In this document: positions 19,662 through 29,353 of the stretch, one piece after another
Layout: every line of letters begins with the position of its first letter
Position numbering within the stretch: position 1 is the first letter of the stretch
Origin: an uncultured Actinomycetota bacterium
GTDB lineage: Bacteria > Actinomycetota > Actinomycetes > JAFAQI01
Length of the DNA: 64,000 nt
Direction of reading: 5' to 3'
Assembly (NCBI GenBank): GCA_963770565.1
Contig: CAVYQE010000011.1
Coordinates: forward strand, 288,001 to 352,000
The notes under the pieces: generated by a model
Told to the model about the DNA's origin: nothing
The model's input: the letters and a program-made list of their open reading frames with translations, nothing else
Database searches by the model: none
Position numbers and translations under genes: made by a program

Positions 19662-19781
19662 CTCGGACCTCGGGGACGCTGGAGAGTTGCGCCGAAGGCA
19701 TCTGGCGTCTCGGCCGAGCTCTCGTCCGATTTCCTGTGAGGCTCACCCACGGCTAATGGACGAAGCGCCAGACCTTGGTTC

Positions 19782-20600
19782 TCAGGCGGTCCGGCGCGCG
19801 ACCCTGGAGTCTTCCTTTGTGAACACGCGAAGTTCCAGTGGCATGGCGGGATGGAAGTCGATTGGTCGAGCGAGGCGGGAGTCTGTCGCCATCCGGATGC
19901 CGTACAGGTTCGCGAAAACCAGCATGCGGCTCGTGTGCTCGTCCTGGTCGAGGATTTGGTAGGCGATGGAAGCAGAGACATTGTTCGGATCTGCCCGGCG
20001 AGCGATCGCGATGAATCCATCGCGAGGCTCGCCAAGTACAGCGGCACGCACGTGATTGAGCTTCGGGTCGTGCGCTCGCGTGGGATCGTCCCGCCACGCG
20101 CACTCAAGTGCCACCTTCAGAAGCGCACGCGAGATCTCGGATGCGTATCGGGGCGTGAGTCTGCGACCGCCGGTACCGGACCATTCGAGTCGTACTCGGC
20201 CATCTGGCAGCGTCTCAGTCTCTTGGATGATGCCCTGCGGACCGCCCGAGTCGAACCGGAGAGTCGGATCCTGGCCGCGAACTCCCGGAATGTGGGTCAT
20301 CGTGAAGCCGCTCATGCGGCTGACCGGGAGTCGTCCCGACTTGGAGGGGATGCCGAGCATCGTGCGCCTGAGGACAACCGCTGGGAAGTCGCAGAGCGCC
20401 GAATCGAGCTGTGACAGAACGGTGTTGTTGCACCGATCGCAAACGACGCCTGGAGGTAGGACGAGGTCCGTGTTGCCCAGCGACTCGGGGAAAACGTGTT
20501 CCCGGCTCAGAAATCCTCCGTCGTGCCCTCTGCAGAAGAGACACCGGCGCGAGCGGTTGCGCGCGCGACGTTGCGCACTTGAGGACCGGCTGCCGCTCAT
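19782..20600 (-). CDS. HNH endonuclease (HNH_5-like) with uncharacterised C-terminal domain
   Basis: CLFC...SREHVFPESLG...VCDRCNN zinc/HNH motif. Confidence 0.8.
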   Translation of the reverse strand: MSGSRSSSAQRRARNRSRRCLFCRGHDGGFLSREHVFPESLGNTDLVLPPGVVCDRCNNTVLSQLDSALCDFPAVVLRRTMLGIPSKSGRLPVSRMSGFTMTHIPGVRGQDPTLRFDSGGPQGIIQETETLPDGRVRLEWSGTGGRRLTPRYASEISRALLKVALECAWRDDPTRAHDPKLNHVRAAVLGEPRDGFIAIARRADPNNVSASIAYQILDQDEHTSRMLVFANLYGIRMATDSRLARPIDFHPAMPLELRVFTKEDSRVARRTA

Positions 20601-20914
20601 TGATCAATCATCTCGTGAGTGCGCGCCCTCGGCTTGGATTTTCGGGGGCGCGCCCCGGCACCGCCGTAGCGTTGCCGGGCGGCTTGCCGGGTCACGCCGA
20701 GGGCTCGGGCGATCGTCGGCCAGCCGAAGCCCCTGACTGCGAGACGTTCGACCTCGGCGTCAATCTCTCGCTCGATGACCCTCCGTTGGTCGACGAGCCG
20801 GCGTAGCCGCGTCGTCGCCTCGTCCTCCGCCACTCGCTTCGGGTCCGGGCTGGTCCATCGCCGCATCACTTGCGAGCCGTGTTCACGGCTCCGGCGGCGC
20901 TGGCGTTTACCCAT
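20597..20914 (-). CDS. Small helix-turn-helix protein
   Basis: GFGWPTIARALGVTRQAARQRYG; overlaps both the integrase stop and the HNH start. Confidence 0.7.
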   Translation of the reverse strand: MGKRQRRRSREHGSQVMRRWTSPDPKRVAEDEATTRLRRLVDQRRVIEREIDAEVERLAVRGFGWPTIARALGVTRQAARQRYGGAGARPRKSKPRARTHEMIDQ

Positions 20915-22049
20915 CGGCTGCCACCTGATCAGGTCGCGGCGGCAGGGGAGTGGGTGCGATGAGCTTGCTCATCGCCGCCGCGACGGCGAGGTCGCGGTCC
21001 TCGGTCGCGTGTTGATAGATCAGCGCGGCCCGTGAACTTGAGTGACCCATCCGATGCATGAGCTCGCGGGTTGTCGCGCCACTGACAGCCGCGAGGGTCG
21101 CGGCCAGGTGCCGGAGATCATGGAAGTGGTAGTCGGGCACGCCGGCTGCCCGGGTCGCTCGGCGCCACATCGTGTGGAAGTTGTTGCGGTCGAGTGAGAC
21201 TCCGGACGACTTGGTGAAGACCAGCGCGGTCGGGTCTGCGTCGACGTACGTCGAGAGGTGCGCTTCGATCTCTGGCCAAACATGCGGCGGGATCGCGACG
21301 GTCCGGCGACCGGCGGCGGACTTCGTCGGACCGATGTAGCGCTTGCCGCCCTTGAGCTGAATCATCGCTTCCTCCACGTGGATGACGCCGTGGAGCTGGT
21401 CGATCCGTTGACGCGAGAGCCCGGCTAGCTCACCCCATCGCAGCCCGGACCAGGCGGCCAGCAACACGAGCACCCGATATCGCGGCTCGATCGACTCGAC
21501 GATCAGGTCGACCTCGGCCAGTGACGGCGGTTTGCGTTCTGGTGTCCGCTCGACACCAGCGGCTCGAAGGCGGCAGGGGTTGCGCGGGATCAGGTCGTCC
21601 TCGGCCGCAGTCGCCAGGATCGCCTTGAGCAACCGATATGCCTTTGCCGCCGTCACCACGCCGACGCCGGTGTCTCGCAGCGAGGCGTTCCACGATCGCA
21701 CCGATGCCGAGGTGATCCGACCGAGGGTCGTCGAGCCGAACGTCGGGTAGATGTGCCGCCGCAGCAGGTACTCGTAGATCTCCGCCGTCCGCGGCTGAAG
21801 CTCGACGGGTCGCTCGACGAGCCACCGCGGTGCGTACTTGTCGAGCCGGATCTCACCCGCGTCCGGGTCGAGCCACGTCCCGCGCGCCAGGTCCGTCTCG
21901 ACTGTCGCCAGGTACCGCTCGGCCTCCGCCTCAGTCGCGAAGGTCGCCGGCGCCGAGCGCGACCGGCCGTCGCCGAGTGAATACCTCGCCTGGAACCGGC
22001 CGGACGGCAGCCGACGGATGCGGCCGAACCGGCGTCGCATCGCACTCAT
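20907..22049 (-). CDS. Tyrosine recombinase/integrase (element 2)
   Basis: N-terminal RRFGRIRRLPSGRFQARY; catalytic GLRWGE, HDLRH, MGHSS and YQH. Confidence 0.95.
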   Translation of the reverse strand: MSAMRRRFGRIRRLPSGRFQARYSLGDGRSRSAPATFATEAEAERYLATVETDLARGTWLDPDAGEIRLDKYAPRWLVERPVELQPRTAEIYEYLLRRHIYPTFGSTTLGRITSASVRSWNASLRDTGVGVVTAAKAYRLLKAILATAAEDDLIPRNPCRLRAAGVERTPERKPPSLAEVDLIVESIEPRYRVLVLLAAWSGLRWGELAGLSRQRIDQLHGVIHVEEAMIQLKGGKRYIGPTKSAAGRRTVAIPPHVWPEIEAHLSTYVDADPTALVFTKSSGVSLDRNNFHTMWRRATRAAGVPDYHFHDLRHLAATLAAVSGATTRELMHRMGHSSSRAALIYQHATEDRDLAVAAAMSKLIAPTPLPPRPDQVAADG

Positions 22050-22070
22050 GGCGCAAAAGGTGGTCGTGTG

Positions 22071-22131
22071 GCGTCCCCATGAACGTCCCCACGAGCGTCA
22101 ACCCATGCCGTGGGGACGTTCATGGGGACGC
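22071..22131. repeat. Perfect 23-bp inverted repeat upstream of the element 2 integrase
   Basis: GCGTCCCCATGAACGTCCCCACG (22071-22093) / CGTGGGGACGTTCATGGGGACGC (22109-22131). Confidence 0.85.
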
Positions 22132-22238
22132 TCGTGTGCCCTACAAAGACAGGGCACGAAGGGGCACGCGAGGGGCACGGCGTCTGCCGTCCGACAGATG
22201 GGCACAGGGTCAGCAACCGCCTGACCTGCGAATCCGCT

Positions 22239-22285
22239 TGGAGCGGGCGACCGGGATCGAACCGGCATGGCCAGCTTGGAAGGCT
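22239..22285 (-). repeat. tRNA-Gly 3'-half copy (junction of elements 2 and 3)
   Basis: Reverse complement AGCCTTCCAAGCTGGCCATGCCGGTTCGATCCCGGTCGCCCGCTCCA. Confidence 0.92.
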
Positions 22286-22939
22286 CGGTTGGCGGCGCCG
22301 ACCGGGCCGGCGTTTGCCCAGGTCAGGGCCTAGTTTCGACGCAAGCGGTGATCGCTTAGGCGTCCGGTGGGCCACATCCGGGCCACAACTGCCGGCGCTT
22401 TCCGGTCATTGGTGGTCATCGCTAACCCGCTCTTCCGCTGCCCGGGTAGCTGGGTATGCCAGCAGCACGCTGCATCCTGGCTCGTCTGAGGTAGCTCCGT
22501 CTTCGTTGGTGTTGGCCTCCGTCGCGATCAGGGAGGGTACGTAGGCAACCTGGGGCGCCAAATGTCGCGAGACCTTTAGGCCGTTTCGGGCGCGAACGGC
22601 TGTCAACCTTGAGCTAGTTGGCCTGCAACCGGCAGGCTCGAAGGAAGGTCAAAGCTGTGGCCATGAAGAGCCGCGAGATCTTGCTGCTCGGCGGCTACGA
22701 ATGCCCCCGAACAGTTACGGCCGGACCTGCGAGCGGCACCGCTCACACCGAATGGATCACCGTGAACGGAAAACTCTTGCAGGAGTCGTATAACCGCTCG
22801 GGCATCGCCGATGACGGCACGGAGGTTTTCACGTACTTCTCTCGCAGGCTGGGGGAACAGGCAGGACGTTGCGGCTAACAACAGGAACGCCAGATCATCA
22901 GTGCTGAAGATGCTGTTGCGTGGCCGGCCGGGGATCGAG

Positions 22940-24220
22940 TCAGCGAGCGTTTCGCCGAACCCGCGTGGCCGGGCTGGCGAGGTCGAAGAGCTGCCCTTGT
23001 CCTGGGCTCGTCGCTCGGGTGCCGGACTGTCTGCGAGCCGGCTCTTTGGCTTGCCGCTGTCGTGCTCGACCACTCGCTCGTTGCGGTCCGCGCGTCGTTG
23101 AGGCGCTAGCACTCTGAGCCTGCTCGACAAGACTCGAGAGGGCCTGGGCGATTGCGGCGTCTCGGTCACGGGTCGCGTGTTGGTAGCGAAGCGCTGCTTG
23201 GGGACTGGCGTGCCCCATCCGGACCATGAGTTCACGCAGGCTTGCCCCGGTCGCCGCCGCAAGGGTGTTGCCGGTGTGTCTGAGGTCGTGAAAGTGCAGA
23301 TGTGAGAGGCCGAGACCGCGGACGGCGGGATGCCAAACGTCGGTGGTGAAGTTGGACTTGCGGAGCACCCCGCCGTGAGGACCGACGAACACCAGACCGT
23401 CAGGGCCAGTCTGAGCAAAGCGGTCGAGGTGTGCGGTGATGTCCGGGATCACTGCCGCTGGGATCGTCACGGTGCGTCGCCCTGCTTCGGACTTCGGTGG
23501 CCCGATGTGGCGTTTGCTACCGACCAAGTCGGATGCTGATGCGCGGACCGTCACGGTTCCACTCTCGATGTCGATGTCTCGTCGGGTGAGTGCGGCGAGT
23601 TCGCCGATCCGAAGCGAGCAAAATGCGGCGAGCAGGACCAGTGCACGCCAGCGCTCACCGATCACACCCGCGATCGCGAGGACCTGGGGGAGCGTCGCGG
23701 TCGGGCGCTCCGGGCTGAACTCTTGCCCTGCGCCCGGAATCACGCATGGGTTGCGGGGAATCTCTTCGTCGTGCACGGCACTGCCACAGATGGTGTGCAG
23801 CAGCCGGTAGCACTTGGCGGTGGTGACTGCACCAGGGCCGTGGGACGAGGCGAGACGGGCATGCCACTCGCGGATCACGGCGGTGCTGAGTTGCCGAAGT
23901 TGCAGGCGGCCGAGCGACGGGAGGATGTGGCTGTCGAGTTGCTGCTGATACAGCTCGACCGTCCGTGGAGCGAGGGGCCGGCCTCGGACCTTCCGGGTCT
24001 TTAGCCACGTCGTGGCGTAGTCCCGAAGCAGGACACGCCCGGAGGCTGGGTCGAACCAATCTCCGCGGTCCAGGTCCGCACGGATGCCAGCGAGGAACCG
24101 GGCGGCGTCGGCGCGGGTGGCGAACATCCGCCCGTGCACCCGGCCGTTCGGGTCGCGGTACCGCGCCTGCCAGCGCCCGTTCTCACGGCGGCGGATGCTA
24201 CCGAAGTCGCGTCGAGCCAT
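22940..24220 (-). CDS. Tyrosine recombinase/integrase (element 3)
   Basis: RRDFGSIRRRENGRWQARY; SLRIGE, HDLRH, MGHAS and YQH. Confidence 0.95.
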   Translation of the reverse strand: MARRDFGSIRRRENGRWQARYRDPNGRVHGRMFATRADAARFLAGIRADLDRGDWFDPASGRVLLRDYATTWLKTRKVRGRPLAPRTVELYQQQLDSHILPSLGRLQLRQLSTAVIREWHARLASSHGPGAVTTAKCYRLLHTICGSAVHDEEIPRNPCVIPGAGQEFSPERPTATLPQVLAIAGVIGERWRALVLLAAFCSLRIGELAALTRRDIDIESGTVTVRASASDLVGSKRHIGPPKSEAGRRTVTIPAAVIPDITAHLDRFAQTGPDGLVFVGPHGGVLRKSNFTTDVWHPAVRGLGLSHLHFHDLRHTGNTLAAATGASLRELMVRMGHASPQAALRYQHATRDRDAAIAQALSSLVEQAQSASASTTRGPQRASGRARQRQAKEPARRQSGTRATSPGQGQLFDLASPATRVRRNAR

Positions 24221-24261
24221 TGGTCCTCACAAGAGCTGGTGGTGTTCCAGCAGAGCGCGGA

Positions 24262-24462
24262 TCAGGTGCCGAAAGAGGCCCGCGGCGGAATCTGTGGACG
24301 AACCCGGCCAGCTTCGACGAACTCGTCGAGGTCGACCTCGTCGAGCCGGACGTGGGCGCCAAGCTTCACGTAAGGGATCCGCTTCTCGGCGATCAGCCGG
24401 CGGATGAACCGAGGCTTGGTGGCGAGCCGCTCGGCGGCTTCGTCGACGGTCAGCAAGGCCAT
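24262..24462 (-). CDS. Excisionase (HTH_17 DNA-binding protein)
   Basis: LLTVDEAAERL....RFIRRLIAEKRIPYVKLGAHVRL, directly upstream of the integrase. Confidence 0.9.
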   Translation of the reverse strand: MALLTVDEAAERLATKPRFIRRLIAEKRIPYVKLGAHVRLDEVDLDEFVEAGRVRPQIPPRASFGT

Positions 24463-24589
24463 GGTGGGCTCCTCCCGGCGTTCCGGCGGGCACCGCCGGT
24501 GACGAATGTCGGTATTGGTCTAGGACCATACGCCGGATATCTGTCATGGCAAGTGGTCATATTGCTTGCGGCGGGTGTAGGTTGCCGGC

Positions 24590-25309
24590 GTGGCACGCAG
24601 CAGAAAGACCGGTACGGACCGCGGTGAACCGGCACGACCCTTCCTGGACGGGGTGAACCTCAACGAAATCGTCGCCTATAACTTTCGTCGCGCCCGCGAG
24701 TTGCGCGGGTTGACCCAGGACGAGGCGGCCGACCGGCTCGCGCCGTTCCTCGGGGTGCGGTTGAAGCAGGCCGCGGTCTCTGGGATCGAGGGGGCCTACG
24801 GCGGGGTGAAGCGCCGCGAGTTCGACGCCCAGGAGTTGCTCGCGTTCGCGTGCGGGTTCGACCTGCCGATCATCTGGTTCCTGATCCCACCACCGGGAGA
24901 CGACCGCAACCTGCAAGGGACGGTGGAACGCGTCAGCGAGCTGTATCTGCTGGCGATGGGCCGCAACGACCAGCTGGACTACCTGCGGGACCGGTTCGCC
25001 GAGCTCGGTCACGTCGAACCGGACGAGTCCGACCTGGTCCTCGAACGGGTCTACGGAGGACCCACCGAGCGGACGCTGCTGGACTATCCGACCCGGCGGA
25101 AGGAGCTGCTGCTGGCCATGCTGGACTCCCACGCCGACCGGCTCGACCACGCGGCCGAGGAGATGGGGAAGTTCTTCGACCATCTGCGTCAGGTCGGGAT
25201 CCGCGGCTACGTCGCCGAGAAGGCCAACGACCGCGACTTCATGTTCCCTCCGGCCAAGAAGACCGCGGCACGACCGAAGCGCGGCGAGGGTAGAGACGGC
25301 ACACTGTAG
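24590..25309 (+). CDS. XRE-family HTH regulator
   Basis: VAYNFRRARELRGLTQDEAADRL; divergent from xis-int. Confidence 0.8.
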   Translation: MARSRKTGTDRGEPARPFLDGVNLNEIVAYNFRRARELRGLTQDEAADRLAPFLGVRLKQAAVSGIEGAYGGVKRREFDAQELLAFACGFDLPIIWFLIPPPGDDRNLQGTVERVSELYLLAMGRNDQLDYLRDRFAELGHVEPDESDLVLERVYGGPTERTLLDYPTRRKELLLAMLDSHADRLDHAAEEMGKFFDHLRQVGIRGYVAEKANDRDFMFPPAKKTAARPKRGEGRDGTL

Positions 25310-25311
25310 AC

Positions 25312-25536
25312 ATGACCGCCGATCACGCCGCTCGAGCGACCCGGGGCGCGGACGGCATGATCCGGGTCGAGCTGCCGGACGGGCGCACCGTCACCATCCC
25401 GGCACGGCTGGATGCTGGCCAGCGGTGGGAGATCGAACGGCAGCGGGCACACGACAACGCCGCGCGGTCGGTAGCAGAACGGCTGGAGGAGCTGCGCCGG
25501 CAGACGACCCTGTTGCTCACGCTTCGCGCGTCCTAA
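25312..25536 (+). CDS. Small hypothetical protein (possible antitoxin partner)
   Basis: 74 aa; TAATG-coupled to the downstream NTase. Confidence 0.5.
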   Translation: MTADHAARATRGADGMIRVELPDGRTVTIPARLDAGQRWEIERQRAHDNAARSVAERLEELRRQTTLLLTLRAS

Positions 25537-26144
25537 TGGAGCCGATGCCGCTCGACGCCGCGGCGATACTTGCCGTCCTCGACGAGTACCAGGTCCGGTA
25601 TGTGATCATCGGTGGGGTCGCCGGGTTCCTGCAGGGTGACACCGCAGCAACCTTCGATCTTGACGTCGTCCCGGCCGCCACCGAGGACAACTTCGCGCGG
25701 CTCGCCGACGCACTCAACGCGATGCATGCCGGGCTGCGAGCGCCGGGGCTCGACGAGCCGGTCTCCTACCGCTTCGACGCCGCGACGTTCGCCTCCTACA
25801 CGACCCTGGCCACCCGCACCGAGCACGGCGACCTCGACATCGTGCTGCGCCCGGACGGGATTCCCGGTAGCTACGACGAACTCGCCACCCGCGCCCAGCC
25901 GATGCACGCCGGCCCGGTCACCGTCTATGTCGCCGACGTCGTGGACATCATCCGCTCCAAACGCGCCGCCGCGCGGATGACTGGCGAACCGAAATACACC
26001 TCCGACGCCGACCGGCTCGAACGGCTCCTCACCAACACCCCGACACCCGAGCGCCGCGACGCCCGCGATCTCGGAGCCCGGGAGGACGAGCGGTTCCGTC
26101 CCGACCCGCCGGGCCGGGATGGCGGCCGCGGGATCGACCGGTAG
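25536..26144 (+). CDS. Nucleotidyltransferase-fold protein with charged C-terminal tail
   Basis: YVIIGGVAG..QG...ATFDLDVV and DIIRSK motifs. Confidence 0.75.
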   Translation: MEPMPLDAAAILAVLDEYQVRYVIIGGVAGFLQGDTAATFDLDVVPAATEDNFARLADALNAMHAGLRAPGLDEPVSYRFDAATFASYTTLATRTEHGDLDIVLRPDGIPGSYDELATRAQPMHAGPVTVYVADVVDIIRSKRAAARMTGEPKYTSDADRLERLLTNTPTPERRDARDLGAREDERFRPDPPGRDGGRGIDR

Positions 26145-26324
26145 GCGGGTTCTCGGGACGCGACACGCCCGACCGCGGGCAAATTTCTCAACTCGTCCAC
26201 TCCAGGCCGACCGTCCTCACCGCCATCGTCCCTCGAAATCCCTTGACTACCAACATTTCCCGCCACGCCCACGCCACCTGATCGGCCCGCCTACCCCGCC
26301 CCACAATGCCGGCAGACATGTGCA

Positions 26325-29102
26325 TTGGCAATGCATACGGTGTCGCTCGTGTTGTCGACGTCGAAGGTCGGGACCGCGTCGTGGCGGTACTACTCGAACC
26401 AGGTGCAGCGCGGGGCGTGCGAGTACTACCTCGGCGTCGGTGAGGCGCCGGGTCGCTGGCAGGGCCGTGGCCTCGACGCGCTCGGGCTCGACCCGAAGGC
26501 GGTCGTGGCGGAGCGTGAGCTGGAGGCGCTGTTCGGCCGCGCCCTGCACCCCAAGTCCCGTCAACGGCTGGGCCAGGCGTGGCGCGCCGACGGGGTGACT
26601 GGCTACGACTTGTGTTTCTCGGCACCGAAGTCGGTCAGCGCCCTGTGGGCGATCGGCGAGGGCAGCGTCCCCGCCGAGGTGATGGCCGCGCACCGCACCG
26701 CCGTCCGCACCGCGCTGGACTACCTGGACAGCCACGCATCCTTCTCCCGGGTTGGCACCAACGGACACACCCAGGTGAGCACGGACGGGTTCGCCGCCGC
26801 AGTGTTCGGTCATCGGACGTCGCGGGCGGGGGACCCGCAGATCCACTCCCATGCGCTGGTGGTGAACAAGCTCCGCTGCGCCGACGGTGGCTGGCGCACG
26901 ATCGACGGGCATGAGATCTACGCGCACAAGAAGTCCGCCGGCACGGTGTATCAGGCCGTGTTGCGCAACGAGCTGACCCGCCGCCTGAACGTGTCATGGG
27001 CGGCGGTGTCGAAGGACGGGCAGGCCGAGATCGCCGGCATGCCGACGGAGCTGATCAAGGCCTGGTCGAAACGGGCGATACAGCTGACCGCGGAGGCCGC
27101 CCCGGTCATCGCCGCCTACGAGTCAGAGCTCGGGCGGTCGCTGTCCTCAGCGGAACGCACCGCCGTGTGCAAGGTCGCGGTGCTGAAGACGAGACCGGGG
27201 AAGGACTCGGTCGACATCGTGGCGCTCTCCGACCGGTGGCAGGCCGAGGCCGCCGAGTTGGGCTGGGACGGGCTGGGGGTGCAGCGCGAGATCGGGAGGG
27301 CTGGCCGGCCACCACAACCAACCGCTGCCCTGGTCGAACAGATGGACCGTGCCGTCGTCGAGGCGGTCCGCGCGGCCGGGGCACGGCGAGCGGTGTTCTC
27401 CCGCTCCGACCTGGCGGCCGAGGTCGCGACCCGGCTGCCGAGTGGCGGGTTCGACGCGAACCTGGCCCGGACCCTCATCGAGCAGCTCGCCGACCAAGCA
27501 CTGAGCACACCCGACGCGGTCACGCTGCGCCCGCAGATCGAGGGATGCCACCGCGGCTCCGACGCCCGCTACGCCTCCCGATCCACCTTGGATGCGGAGC
27601 TGCGGATCCTCGGGGTCGCCGATGTCGGCCGCGCTCGGGGTGTGGCAGTTCTTGACCCGCGAGAGGTCCGGACGATCGCGCGCCGCCGCGGGCTGGACAC
27701 CTCGCAGCGGGCCGCGCTCGTCCAGGTCGCCACGAGCGGGGATGTGGTCTCGGTGCTGGTCGCGCCGGCCGGGGCCGGGAAGACCACCGCGCTCGGCGCC
27801 GCGGTCTACGCGTGGCGCGCCGCCGGATACCGGATCGTCGCGCTCGCGCCGTCTGCCCGGGCCGCCGCCGAACTACGGGATGCGACGTTCGCCCCGGCCG
27901 ACACGGTCGCGAAGTTCCTGCACGAACACCACCAACCACCGAGCCCGTTCGTTCTCGAGACCGGTCGGTACCGGCTGCATCCGGGAACAGTGGTGATCGT
28001 CGACGAAGCCTCCATGCTCGCCACCACCGACCTCGACGCCTTGACCCACGCGACGTGGGAGGCGGGAGCGAAGCTGCTGCTGGTCGGTGACCCCGCGCAG
28101 ATCGGTGCCGTCGACGCGGCCGGCGGGATGCTCCCCGCCCTCGCCCAACGCCTGGACGCGCCGACGTTGGACACGGTGCACCGGTTCACTGCAGCGTGGG
28201 AACGCGACGCATCCCTACGACTCCGCCGCGGTGACCCGACCGTCATCGACGACTACATCGCGGCCGGTCGGGTCCACCACTGCCCCAATGACACCGCGGC
28301 GTATCAGGCCGTCCTCGACAGCTACCTCGACGCGAGCATGGCCGGGCGTCGGGTGTTGATGCTCGCCCGGACCCACCACGACGTCGACACCCTCAACACC
28401 CTCGTCCGCGCGCACGCGATCGACACCGGGCAGGTTCACGGGCCCGTACTCGTCGAAGGGCAGGTGGAGTGGCGGGCTGGGGACCGGCTCCGCGCCACCC
28501 GCAACAACCGCAGCATCACCGTCGGCGAGGACTACCTGCGCAACGGCGACCAGTTCATTGTCCTCGGCGCTGAACGCGGCGGACTTCTTGTCCAGACCCT
28601 CGACGGCGGCCGGGCCGCCACGCTGCCCGCCGACTATGTGATCGCGCACACCACGTACGGGTGGGCGTCGACCATCGACGCCGCGCAAGGCGCCACCGTC
28701 GATGACGCGGTCCTGCTTGCCCGACCCGGTATCGACCGCGAACACCTTTACGTCGGTCTCACCCGCGGGCGGAATGAGAATCACGTGGTCGTCGCCCAAC
28801 CCACCAGCGACAACGATCACCACGGCCTACCGAAAGCCGGGGTGCCGCGGGAGGCCAGAGCAATGCTTGCCGACGCGCTCAATGCCAGCGGCGTCCAGAA
28901 AGCCGCCCACACCCGGCTACCCGAGCACCTCCAAATCGAGCCGGGCACAAAGCCAGTACCAGCTCGGCCCATGGTCCGACGGCCCAGACCGGCACGAGCG
29001 CTGCTCCGACCGATCGAACGACCAGGGCTCAGGCGCGAACTCAAGGACCAATGCCACCCGCTCTCCCGCGACCACGGACGCGACATGGGGCGCGGCCGAT
29101 AA
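26325..29102 (+). CDS. MobF (TrwC/TraI-type) relaxase-helicase
   Basis: N-terminal YY pairs, DLCFSAPKSVS, HUH motif HRTSRAGDPQIHSH, Walker A APAGAGKTT, DEASM, AQGATVD and YVGLTRGR. Confidence 0.95.
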   Translation: MAMHTVSLVLSTSKVGTASWRYYSNQVQRGACEYYLGVGEAPGRWQGRGLDALGLDPKAVVAERELEALFGRALHPKSRQRLGQAWRADGVTGYDLCFSAPKSVSALWAIGEGSVPAEVMAAHRTAVRTALDYLDSHASFSRVGTNGHTQVSTDGFAAAVFGHRTSRAGDPQIHSHALVVNKLRCADGGWRTIDGHEIYAHKKSAGTVYQAVLRNELTRRLNVSWAAVSKDGQAEIAGMPTELIKAWSKRAIQLTAEAAPVIAAYESELGRSLSSAERTAVCKVAVLKTRPGKDSVDIVALSDRWQAEAAELGWDGLGVQREIGRAGRPPQPTAALVEQMDRAVVEAVRAAGARRAVFSRSDLAAEVATRLPSGGFDANLARTLIEQLADQALSTPDAVTLRPQIEGCHRGSDARYASRSTLDAELRILGVADVGRARGVAVLDPREVRTIARRRGLDTSQRAALVQVATSGDVVSVLVAPAGAGKTTALGAAVYAWRAAGYRIVALAPSARAAAELRDATFAPADTVAKFLHEHHQPPSPFVLETGRYRLHPGTVVIVDEASMLATTDLDALTHATWEAGAKLLLVGDPAQIGAVDAAGGMLPALAQRLDAPTLDTVHRFTAAWERDASLRLRRGDPTVIDDYIAAGRVHHCPNDTAAYQAVLDSYLDASMAGRRVLMLARTHHDVDTLNTLVRAHAIDTGQVHGPVLVEGQVEWRAGDRLRATRNNRSITVGEDYLRNGDQFIVLGAERGGLLVQTLDGGRAATLPADYVIAHTTYGWASTIDAAQGATVDDAVLLARPGIDREHLYVGLTRGRNENHVVVAQPTSDNDHHGLPKAGVPREARAMLADALNASGVQKAAHTRLPEHLQIEPGTKPVPARPMVRRPRPARALLRPIERPGLRRELKDQCHPLSRDHGRDMGRGR

Positions 29103-29353
29103 CGATGAGGTATCTGACGATCAGCGACCCACACGAATCATGCCGCGGAGCCAGCAGGACTCATCCTGTGAGACCGTCACAATCCGATGCGCGACCAGGT
29201 TCACAGGTAGTGCGAGCCAAGGCCGCTAGCAACCGCGGTCCGACTGTGCCACTCAAACACCAGGCTAGCCAGGGCTGTCACCAGTGTCGGCCGGACGAAG
29301 CCTATTCGCGATGCTGCTCGGAGCAATGTCGTCGACACGAACGTGATTCGCTT

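Larger units (their letters stand above)
16402..22285. mobile_element. Element 2: ~5.8 kb integrative element (integrase, AbiE-like pair, HNH nuclease)
   Basis: Bounded by att copies; GTGGGGACG and GGGCACGAAG arm-type repeats at both ends; tyrosine integrase. Confidence 0.85.

Noticed and set aside
15545-22285. Additional tRNA-Gly genes at 15545, 16402 and 22239
   Set aside because: Only the 3' half is present; the D-arm and 5' acceptor strand are missing, so these are att fragments.
22618-22878. Small ORF convergent with the element 3 integrase
   Set aside because: No recognisable motif and weak codon bias; not supportable as a gene.
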